Part shown: piece by piece, positions 21,137 to 29,195 of the stretch
Layout: the number at the start of each line of letters is the position of its first letter
Position numbering within the stretch: position 1 is the stretch's first letter
Assembly: GCA_036511795.1 (NCBI GenBank)
Contig: DATCBO010000073.1
Location: 10,773-74,772, forward strand
Direction: 5' to 3'
Length of the DNA: 64,000 nucleotides
Source: Xanthobacteraceae bacterium
GTDB lineage: Bacteria > Pseudomonadota > Alphaproteobacteria > Rhizobiales > Xanthobacteraceae
The notes under the pieces: generated by a model
What the model saw: the letters and a program-made list of their open reading frames with translations, nothing else
Databases searched by the model: none
What the model was told of the DNA's origin: nothing
Made by a program: the position numbers and the translations under genes

Positions 21137-21632
21137 TGTTGAAAACCCGCCGCTAACGAACCCCGACTAAACGCAGATGCTACGCTAGCTACAAACCAAT
21201 CTGGCCGCGTCCCGCTGGACACCGCCGAACTTGGTCACTTTGTGCCGGCTTCAGTATCGATTCCGGCCCCAGGCGATCACGTTAACCATAAGCATGCTGC
21301 CCCACGCATGGGTGAATATCAACAGCGGTGCGCCGGCGCGGCGCTGCCGCGCTCCTTTCTGTGTGACAATGTGGTTTTCGGGCGACAGTGGACTTGTCGG
21401 ACAGGGTAATAAGTGGCCGGCTCGGCTGTGACCGCGCGCGTTTGGCGACGACGGCCAGCCAAAAAGCGGAAATCGGTAAGGAAATTGCCCTCCCGCGCGG
21501 CGCGCAAAACGACGTGGCGGCAACGCGCGCACCGTTGACGAAACCTTCCTCTGCCGGGCGTTTGTTGGTCTGCAACTTGCTTTACAAAATCTGGCGAAGC
21601 GACAAGGGAGCGAAAATTTCCATGCGCGAGTC

Positions 21633-22607
21633 ATGCCGCGGCATCGCCGCTTCGACTTTGCTTTTCTCGCGGTGGCGCTGTCGGTGTTTCAAGCGCCACG
21701 CGCTGTTGCGCAGACATGGCCCGCCCACACGGTCAAAATCGTGGTGCCCTACGGCCCCGGCGGCATATCGGACGTGCTGGCGCGCGTCACGGCAGACCGG
21801 CTCGGTGCGATGCTCGGGCAGCGCTTCATCGTCGAAACGCGCCCAGGCGCCAGCGGTGCCATTGGCACCGAATACGTCGTGCGCTCTCCGGCGGACGGCT
21901 ACACGCTTTATCACGCCGGCGGCGCCGAGTTTTCCGTCGTGCCGCTGATGCAGAAACTCAACTATGACCCGATCAAGGATTTGACGCCGATCAGCATGAC
22001 GGCCGTCAACGGCATGGCGTTTGCCGTCAACCGCGACCTGCCGGTGCGCACGCTGCGCGAGTTCATCGACTACGCGCGCGCCAACCCCGGCAAGATCAAC
22101 TACAGCTCGGTCGGGCGCGGATCGAGCAGCGACCTTTCGCCGGCCGCGTTTGCGGCGCGCGAAGACCTCAAACTCGTCGGCGTGCCCTATACGGCGGCGC
22201 CACCCGCGATCCTCGCTCTGGTCAGCGGCACGATCCAGTTGTTCTTCGGCAACGTCTCGGACGTTGTCGCTTCGGTCCATTCCGGCGAAGTGCGGCTCCT
22301 AGCGGTGTCGACACCGAAACGCATGCCGCAATTTCCGGACGTGCCGACCGTTTCCGAGACCGTACCGGGCTTCGTCATGACAGCCTGGAACGGCTATTTC
22401 GCACCCGCAGGCACGCCGCGCCCGATCGTCGAGCGGCTGTCGAAGGCGCTCGCCGTCATATGCGCCGAACCTGACATCAAACAAAAAATGGCCAATCTGA
22501 GCCTCGACGCCACCAGCAGCACGCCCGAAGCTCTCGCCGCAGCGATCGAGGCCGACCTGCCGATCTATCGCAAGGCGGCCGAGGCGGCTGGGATCATCAG
22601 CAGATAA
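21633..22607 (+). CDS. Bug/TctC-family substrate-binding protein
   Basis: Signal peptide then QTWPAHTVKIVVPYGPGGISDVLARVTADRLGAMLGQRFIVETRPGASGAIG. Confidence 0.85.
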   Translation: MPRHRRFDFAFLAVALSVFQAPRAVAQTWPAHTVKIVVPYGPGGISDVLARVTADRLGAMLGQRFIVETRPGASGAIGTEYVVRSPADGYTLYHAGGAEFSVVPLMQKLNYDPIKDLTPISMTAVNGMAFAVNRDLPVRTLREFIDYARANPGKINYSSVGRGSSSDLSPAAFAAREDLKLVGVPYTAAPPAILALVSGTIQLFFGNVSDVVASVHSGEVRLLAVSTPKRMPQFPDVPTVSETVPGFVMTAWNGYFAPAGTPRPIVERLSKALAVICAEPDIKQKMANLSLDATSSTPEALAAAIEADLPIYRKAAEAAGIISR

Positions 22608-22742
22608 TTCTGCGGCTAAGACCAGTCGAGACTCGCTCGCGCCCACGATCGCGCGTCGCGGCAAGGCGTGCGTGTGCTATAGCTAAATGCAAGGATGGAG
22701 CGGGGTGGGGTTGGCACCGCGATAAGCCGGTGAAACAGCGGT

Positions 22743-23471
22743 GTGACGATGACAAACGAGCCGGCACAGTTGAGCGTTTTGATGTCAGGCGGTTTCTCCG
22801 GCGCGTATGAGCGGCTGTTGCCGGAATTCCAACGGGCGACCGGCATCGGCGTCACGACCGGGTCGGGGGCATCGCAGGGCGCCGGGCCGCAGACGATTGC
22901 CGCGCAGCTCGCGCGCGGCATACATGCTGACGTCGTCATCCTTTCCAGAGAGGGCCTCGGCGACCTGATCGCCGAGAACAAAATTGTCGCTGGCACCGGC
23001 GTCGATCTTGCCCAGGTTCCGCTCGGCGTGGCGATACGCGCCGGCACGGCGAAGCCCGATGTGCGCACCGTCGAAGGTTTCAAGCAACTTCTCCTGAAAG
23101 CGGACACCATCGCCATGCCGGCGAGCACCAGCGGCATTTGGATGACGACCGATCTGTTCCCGCGGCTCGGTATCGCCGACAAGGTCCGCACCAAGCTGGC
23201 GCCGCGCGGCAGCGATGCGACCCGCATGGTCGCTGCCGGCGAGGTCGATCTTGCGGTCATGCCGGTGAGCGAGATCCTGGTCGCGCCGGGCGTCGCGTTC
23301 GCCGGCGCCATCGCGCCGGAGATTCAATTCGTGCAAACCTTTTCGGCCGCGATCGTCGCCATGTCTAACGCGGTTGAAAGTTCCAAGCGGTTGATCGGGT
23401 TTCTTTGTTCTGCCGGTGTCGCCTCGGCCATTCGAGACAGCGGAATGGAACCGATGGCAGCGGCAAAGTAG
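22743..23471 (+). CDS. ModA/PBP2-like substrate-binding-fold protein lacking a signal peptide
   Basis: 242 aa. LSVLMSGGFSGAYERLLPEFQRATGIGVT and VDLAVMPVSEIL resemble molybdate/anion-type type-2 periplasmic binding proteins. An in-frame TGA at 22731-22733 excludes an upstream leader. Confidence 0.6.
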   Translation: MTMTNEPAQLSVLMSGGFSGAYERLLPEFQRATGIGVTTGSGASQGAGPQTIAAQLARGIHADVVILSREGLGDLIAENKIVAGTGVDLAQVPLGVAIRAGTAKPDVRTVEGFKQLLLKADTIAMPASTSGIWMTTDLFPRLGIADKVRTKLAPRGSDATRMVAAGEVDLAVMPVSEILVAPGVAFAGAIAPEIQFVQTFSAAIVAMSNAVESSKRLIGFLCSAGVASAIRDSGMEPMAAAK

Positions 23472-23612
23472 CCGCGCACGGCGAAGAAACATTCGCGCGT
23501 CGTGCTGCCGCGTTGACGACCCGAGTTGATGCATGTGATGTTTGCGCTGACGCCTCAAACCGTCAACGCAAACCTCAACGCGCGGCCGGGGCTATCTCAG
23601 GGGAGAATGTCG

Positions 23613-24292
23613 TGAAAACGAGCTGTATATCGCAAGTCATGTTTGCTGCACTCGCCGCGGGTGCCTGCCTCGCACTGCCGTTGTATGGCGCGACCGCTGC
23701 CATGAATCATCGCGAGTACGGTGCCATCAAGCATGGTGCGCCGACGAAGTCCGCCCGTTCGGCCGTGGAGCGAGGAAAATATCTGGTCACCTTCGGCAGC
23801 TGCACGGACTGTCACACACCGGGCAGTTTCTTTGGCAAGCCGGACATGACCAGATTCCTCGGTGGGTCGGATGTCGGTTTCGCTATTCCCGGGCTCGGAG
23901 TTTTCGTCGGGCCGAACCTGACGCCAGATAAAAAGACCGGGCTCGGCAGCTGGACTGACGAGCAGATCGTGACCGCATTCACGACGGGAAAGGTCCCCGG
24001 TGGCCGCATCCTCGCACCGGTCATGCCGTGGCACGCTTACGCCGACCTGACAAAGTCCGACGCACTGGCGATCGTCGACTATCTCAAGAGCCTGCCACCC
24101 GTGTCGCATCAGGTCGGCGGCCCTTATGGGCCGGACCAGACACCGGCAGAATTCGTCATGGTCGTGATACCGCCCGCCGTTTACAGCGGGCTGCCAAAAC
24201 CGGGCGCTCCGGCGCCTGCCGCACCGCCGGCACCCGCGGCCGCGCCGCCCGCCGCACCTGCGTCCCCGCCGCCAGCTGCGCCGGGCAAATGA
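23613..24292 (+). CDS. Cytochrome c (monoheme) with Pro/Ala-rich C-terminal tail
   Basis: GTG start at 23613 after GGGGAG. Signal-like VKTSCISQVMFAALAAGACLALPLYGATAA and heme motif CTDCH. The tail is PKPGAPAPAAPPAPAAAPPAAPASPPPAAPGK. Confidence 0.75.
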
Positions 24293-24308
24293 GTCAGGAA
24301 ACGAACTC

Positions 24309-24390
24309 GTCATTGCGAGGAGCCTGAAGGGCGATGAAACAATCCAGCGCGGCGCAAAGGACTGGATTGCTTCGCTCCGCTCGCAATGAT
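24309..24390. repeat. REP-like imperfect palindrome between convergent genes
   Basis: Outer arms TCATTGCGAGGAGC / GCTCCGCTCGCAATGA and inner arms CAATCCAG / CTGGATTG. I recognise this sequence family as a common Bradyrhizobiaceae intergenic repeat (from memory). It could act as a bidirectional terminator. Confidence 0.7.
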
Positions 24391-24414
24391 GTTTCGATCT
24401 GATCTCCCACTCGT

Positions 24415-25743
24415 CTAATGCAACAAGTTCTCGCGCAGCGTCGTGCCGGCATATTGCTTTTTGGTCAGCCCGCGGCGCTGCAGTTCGGGCACGACGTGAT
24501 CGACAAATTCCTGCAGGTTGCCGGGTGCTGAAAAGCCGCGCGCCAGCATGAAGCCGCCGTTGGCGCCGGTTTCGAAATGCCATTGTTCGAGCTTGTCGGC
24601 GATCTGTTTCGGCGTACCGCCAGCGACGAGGACACGTTCTGTCATGAAACGCCGGCCGAATTGCTCGACGGTGAGGCTGGGATCGGTGGTTTTCAGAATC
24701 TCCTCGAAGCTGCCCCAGTGCACATTCTGCGCTTTGACTTCGGCGGCAACGTCGGACAATCGCATGTCGCGGCGGAAGCGGGAGAAATCGAGCCCATACA
24801 TTGACGACAATTCGATCAGGCCGGCTTCCGGCGGAATTGAATCCAGATAATGCTCTTCCATCGCCTGGGCCTCGGCTTCCGAGCCCGCGACCTGAACGCG
24901 CACCGACCACAGGATACCGCAGTCCTGCGGCTTGCGCCCAAATTTGGCGAGCCGGCCGTCAAGCTCCGTGCGGTGCGCTTTCATGCTCGGCAGCGTGCGC
25001 CGCGTCGAAAATTGCAGGTCGGCGTAATGCGCGGCGAGATCCATGCCCGGTCCGGACTGGCCGGCCTGAATGATTACCGGGCGGCGTTGCGGTGACGGCA
25101 GCGCGGGCAGGGGACCGCGAACGCTGTAATATTCGCCTTCGAAATTGAGCAGATGCACCTTGGCGGGATCGCCGAAAATCCCGTTTTTCCGATCGAGGAC
25201 GATCGCATCCGGCTCGATACTGTCCCACAGCATGCGGCAGACCTGGAGATGCTCCTGCGCGCGCTCGTAGCGCACGTCGTGCTCGATCATTTTCTTGTAG
25301 CCGTAGTTCGCGGCCTCGTTCTTCGAGCGCGAGGTCACGGCGTTCCAGGCGATGCGGCCCTTGGTGACGTGATCGAGTCCGTTGAAGACGCGTGCGATGT
25401 GAAACGGGTGATGGTAGGTGGTCGACATGGTGATGCCGAAGCCGACGCCTTCAGCAACCCGTGACATGCAGGGGATCATCGGCATCATGTCGTGGCGCGG
25501 CCATTTGGTGCCGTAGCGCACCGCGGCGTGATGATTGCCGCCGTAATCCTCCGGTGTGCCACCGGAGTCGCCGAAGAACAGCATGTCCATGACGCCGCGC
25601 GCCGCGGTGCGCGCGATGTCTTCGTAAAATTCCGGGCTCGAGTAATACGGATAGCCTTCCCAGGATCCGGGCATCTTCCACAGATAATCGGTGTGGTAGT
25701 GCGACAGGTCGGCGGCGAGATGGATGAGTTTGGATTGAGACAT
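24415..25743 (-). CDS. LLM-class flavin-dependent monooxygenase (NtaA/SnaA/DszA family)
   Basis: 442 aa; MSQSKLIHLAADLSHY...GRIAWNAVTS...RPVIIQAGQSGPG is typical of the NtaA/DszA family. Confidence 0.9.
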   Translation of the reverse strand: MSQSKLIHLAADLSHYHTDYLWKMPGSWEGYPYYSSPEFYEDIARTAARGVMDMLFFGDSGGTPEDYGGNHHAAVRYGTKWPRHDMMPMIPCMSRVAEGVGFGITMSTTYHHPFHIARVFNGLDHVTKGRIAWNAVTSRSKNEAANYGYKKMIEHDVRYERAQEHLQVCRMLWDSIEPDAIVLDRKNGIFGDPAKVHLLNFEGEYYSVRGPLPALPSPQRRPVIIQAGQSGPGMDLAAHYADLQFSTRRTLPSMKAHRTELDGRLAKFGRKPQDCGILWSVRVQVAGSEAEAQAMEEHYLDSIPPEAGLIELSSMYGLDFSRFRRDMRLSDVAAEVKAQNVHWGSFEEILKTTDPSLTVEQFGRRFMTERVLVAGGTPKQIADKLEQWHFETGANGGFMLARGFSAPGNLQEFVDHVVPELQRRGLTKKQYAGTTLRENLLH

Positions 25744-25921
25744 GACGGCAACCTTCGCGCGGCGTCGGCCTAAACACTAATGATAGAGCGCTGGCGCCGT
25801 CTACTGCGCGCCGGTCGAACGGCTGCATCGAAGCTGTGCAAATCGGCGGCGCGTCTGCGCGTTAATGCGCCTTGTTTCGGCGGGCCTTCTATGACTCAAT
25901 TGCAAGCCGGCCGATGCTGCA

Positions 25922-27022
25922 GTGGAGACGGACGTGCGGAAAGTTGTGATCGGCGCATGGCGCGCTGTGGTTTGGCTCGCTGTGGTTTGGCTCGCTGTCG
26001 TTTGCATTATGTCGGCGCAAGCCGATCCGCATGGGGTTGCGGATTTTTATCGCGGCAAGGTCATCACCCTGTTCGTCGGCTACGGTCCCGGCGGCGGCTT
26101 CGATGTCATGGGCCGGTTGCTTGCCCGCCACATGGGCAAGCACGTTCCCGGCCATCCGGCCATTGTCGTGCAGAACATGCCGGGCGCCGGCAGCCTGTTG
26201 CTGGCAAACTATCTCTATAATCGCGCCCCTGCGGACGGCACCCAGTTCGGCATCATTGCCCGCAACCTGCCGCTGATCGCTCTCGTCGGCGGCGATGGTA
26301 ACGTGCGGTTCGATCCGCGCAAATTCACTTGGATCGGTTCGTCGTCCGACTTTTCCGACGACGCCTACGTGCTGATCGTGCGCAAGGATTCGCCGGTCAA
26401 GACGCTGGCCGACGCGCGGCGTACCGACGGGCCGCCGCTCGCTATCGGCGGAACGGCCGAGGGCTCCGGCAGCGCCGACGTGCCCAAGATTTTGCAGGAC
26501 ACCCTCGGCATCCAGATGAAGCTCATCCTTGGCTACCGCGATTCGGCGGCGCTGTTTCTCGCCATGGAGAACGCCGAGATTGCCGGGCGCACAGTGGAAT
26601 TGTCATCGGTGCGCGCCACCCGGCCGCAATGGCTCGAACCTGATAGCGATTATCGCTTGCTGTTGGTGTACGCGCGCAAGACACGCTATCCGCAGTTTCC
26701 CAACGTGCCGACGGCGCGGGAGCTGGCGCCAAATGCCGCGGCGCGCGAGCTGATCGAGTTCACCGAGTCTCCCTTGCTGAGCATGGCGTGGCCGTTTGCG
26801 GCGCCGCCGGGCGTGCCGGCGGACCGCGCCGCCGCCCTGCAGCAGGCTTTCATGACGACATCGCGCGACCCGGATTATCTCGCCGACGCCGCGACGCTGA
26901 AGGTTCCCATTGAGCCCGTGAGTGCAGCGGACATCAGCAGCGCCATCGACAAGCTGTCGAAGGCGTCTCCGCAAGTCTTCGACTACGTTCGCAAACTGAT
27001 GGTGACCAAGAAAGGACGCTGA
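25922..27022 (+). CDS. TctC/Bug-like periplasmic solute-binding protein (divergent subfamily)
   Basis: Signal peptide with duplicated VVWLA, then FYRGKVITLFVGYGPGGGFDVMGRLLARHMGKHVPGHPAIVVQNMPGAGS. Third paralogue of this subfamily. Confidence 0.7.
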   Translation: METDVRKVVIGAWRAVVWLAVVWLAVVCIMSAQADPHGVADFYRGKVITLFVGYGPGGGFDVMGRLLARHMGKHVPGHPAIVVQNMPGAGSLLLANYLYNRAPADGTQFGIIARNLPLIALVGGDGNVRFDPRKFTWIGSSSDFSDDAYVLIVRKDSPVKTLADARRTDGPPLAIGGTAEGSGSADVPKILQDTLGIQMKLILGYRDSAALFLAMENAEIAGRTVELSSVRATRPQWLEPDSDYRLLLVYARKTRYPQFPNVPTARELAPNAAARELIEFTESPLLSMAWPFAAPPGVPADRAAALQQAFMTTSRDPDYLADAATLKVPIEPVSAADISSAIDKLSKASPQVFDYVRKLMVTKKGR

Positions 27023-27043
27023 GCGGCAGACCGAAATATCTCG

Positions 27044-27922
27044 TCACGCCGCGAAAAAGCTTTCAACCGGCGCGCTGCGGGGCAGGCGGCCGACCTCGAC
27101 GAACATGTCCATCTGCCGTTGCGCCAGCCGCCGCTCATTCTCCGTAAAGGTGAACTCCATGCGCGGGTAGCGCGCCGAGATCAACAGCGTCTCGCGGTCG
27201 CCGCCGTACGATTTGATGAAGATGTCGGCGACTTCCTCGATGTTGCGCTCGCTGTAGGCGAAGGATTTGCGAAACGCGTCGAGCAGCGGTTCGCGCAGAC
27301 CCGGATTCTTTTGCAGCAGCGACCGGTTCGCGGCCACCATGTGTTTGATCATCTCGTCGAAGCCGGTGAGCAGCTTCCAGGCATCGCCATCGGTGTAGAG
27401 GCACTGCGCGTCGCTTGCTTGTTCGCCGTGGAAGAAGAACTGATCGAGCAGCACCACCGCGTCGGCATCGCCGCGGCGCAGGATGCCGAGCAAGGTCTCC
27501 TGCGGGCTCGCCGCCCATTGCAGGCGCTGCGGATCGACGCCGTAGGAATGCTTGAGCAGATACTGATGAATAGCGTGACGGCCCTGGTGGGTCGCGATCG
27601 TCTTGCCCTCAAGCACGTGGGGCTGTGCGAACTTCCCGCGCCGCACGAACAGGCCGTTGCCTTTGCCGGTCGATTTCCACTCCGTACACAGCCCGACGAT
27701 CGGCGCGCCGGCGAGCCGCCGCTCCAGAAAATTCGGCAGATACACGTTGGCAAGATCGACGTCGCCGCGGATCAGGCACTCTTCCAGTTCGCGGCTCGGC
27801 GGGTCGGGCACCTCGATCACGGACCATTCAATGCCGTGATCCTTGATCAGCCCCGCACCGAGCGCGTAATAGATCCGGAACATCGTGAACCGGTTGCGGT
27901 AATGCGCCAGCCGCAGCCTCAT
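27044..27922 (-). CDS. NMT1/SsuA-like PBP-fold protein without signal peptide
   Basis: 292 aa with no leader and a type-2 binding-protein-like pattern (GDVDLANVYLPNFLERRLAGAPIVGL...GKTIATHQGRHAIHQYLL). Its start overlaps the stop of the upstream deacetylase gene (ATGA). Confidence 0.65.
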   Translation of the reverse strand: MRLRLAHYRNRFTMFRIYYALGAGLIKDHGIEWSVIEVPDPPSRELEECLIRGDVDLANVYLPNFLERRLAGAPIVGLCTEWKSTGKGNGLFVRRGKFAQPHVLEGKTIATHQGRHAIHQYLLKHSYGVDPQRLQWAASPQETLLGILRRGDADAVVLLDQFFFHGEQASDAQCLYTDGDAWKLLTGFDEMIKHMVAANRSLLQKNPGLREPLLDAFRKSFAYSERNIEEVADIFIKSYGGDRETLLISARYPRMEFTFTENERRLAQRQMDMFVEVGRLPRSAPVESFFAA

Positions 27923-28788
27923 GAAGCGGCATGCCCCGCAAGCAGCCGCTTGGCGTGCGTCTCAGCCTCGATGTTCTGATCGATGACCCAGCGCGCGATC
28001 TCGTTGTGCGAGGCGAACCACACATCCGGGAACTGGGCGAAATATTTCAGAATTCTGTCGAACACCGCGCACACCAGCGGCCGGCCGCCGAAATGGCAGT
28101 GCAGCGTCAGGCCGAGGAGAGCCGGCGCTTCGCGCAGATACAAATAGTCGAACGTGTCCTTGTAGACGTCCCACAGCGTGGTCGGGCTGGAATGCGATAC
28201 ACGGCTGTCGGTGAAGTCGCTCGCCGGAATCATCGCGATGGGTCCGCTCTTCGTGCTCTTGACGCGCGGCAGGTCGATGTCGAGCGAGTCGCCGTGCCAG
28301 GTAAGGCCCTCGGTGGCGAGATTCTCGGTGGTGTGCTCGGTCCACGCCAGCACCGGGCTGATCCAGCCATGAGGCCGCGCGCCGGAAATCTTCTCCAGGA
28401 TGGCGAGCGATTGTTTGATGCTGTCTTTTTCCTCTTCCGGCGTCATGTAGGCGAGCAGCTGATCCTGCAGATAGCCGTGCCCGGCAATGTCGTGGCCCTG
28501 CTTGACGATCGCCTTGGCGGCGTCGGGCCAGATCTCGGCGCAACGGGCGTTGACGCAGAACGTGCCGCGCACGCCGTTGTCGCTGAGCAGATTCATGATC
28601 CGCCACACGCCGGCCTTGCCGCCGTAGGTGCCCCACGCGATGCGGCCGCGGTCGAGCGTGCCGGGCTTCAGTCCAGTGCCCTGCACGCCCCATGGCGGCG
28701 CTTTGCCTTCTGACCATTGTTCGAGCATCACCGTCACCGCGACGGCGACGCGCTGGCCCTTCGGCCAGGCGAATGTGCCTTTTTGCAT
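27919..28788 (-). CDS. Polysaccharide deacetylase / PuuE-like family hydrolase
   Basis: Start MQKGTFAWPKGQRVAVAVTVMLE (ATG 28786-28788). GTFCVNARCAEIWPDAAKAIVKQGHDIAGHGY and LTLHCHFGGRP match the NodB-fold deacetylase pattern. Confidence 0.8.
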   Translation of the reverse strand: MQKGTFAWPKGQRVAVAVTVMLEQWSEGKAPPWGVQGTGLKPGTLDRGRIAWGTYGGKAGVWRIMNLLSDNGVRGTFCVNARCAEIWPDAAKAIVKQGHDIAGHGYLQDQLLAYMTPEEEKDSIKQSLAILEKISGARPHGWISPVLAWTEHTTENLATEGLTWHGDSLDIDLPRVKSTKSGPIAMIPASDFTDSRVSHSSPTTLWDVYKDTFDYLYLREAPALLGLTLHCHFGGRPLVCAVFDRILKYFAQFPDVWFASHNEIARWVIDQNIEAETHAKRLLAGHAAS

Positions 28789-28894
28789 GATTGGGATCCC
28801 CGTTAAGCCCCGCCAAGTCAGGCGGCATCCATAGCAAGTCGCGCAGGCGCAATCGAGCGCGTTGCGCACATCGGGCCTGTGCATCGCAGCATCA

Positions 28895-29086
28895 CGGCGA
28901 TGCGCCAATTGATCACCTGATCGAGACCGGCGCGGCCGGAACCATCGCGGTAAGCAGCACTTGCGGGCCATGCCGCAAGCGGTGCAGGCGATTCGCCCGG
29001 CGCTGGCCGATTTCTACAACGCGCTCTCCGACGAGCAGAAGGTCCGGTTCAATACTGTGGGGCGGCAGTTGTTTGCGGCGAGATAG
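28895..29086 (+). pseudogene. 3' remnant of a Spy/CpxP (LTXXQ)-family periplasmic protein gene, frameshifted
   Basis: The frame ending in TAG at 29084-29086 reads ...HLRAMPQAVQAIRPALADFYNALSDEQKVRFNTVGRQLFAAR, matching the C-terminal ...LY.SL.DEQK.RF pattern of LTXXQ proteins. Upstream similarity (APIDHLIET) is in another frame. There is no start codon or signal peptide. Confidence 0.35.
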
Positions 29087-29195
29087 CGTGGCATTCCGGT
29101 CCCGTGGGCGATTGGTCGCGCTCCGGGACCGCACTCAATGCCCCCGGCGCGCCACAATAGCGGACTATTGCGGGCCGTTAGGAGCATAGATACCC

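Noticed and set aside
23597-24910. 437-aa minus-strand ORF spanning the cytochrome c gene, the REP and part of the monooxygenase gene
   Set aside because: It crosses an intergenic palindrome and two well-supported genes on both strands. Its composition is Arg-rich nonsense.
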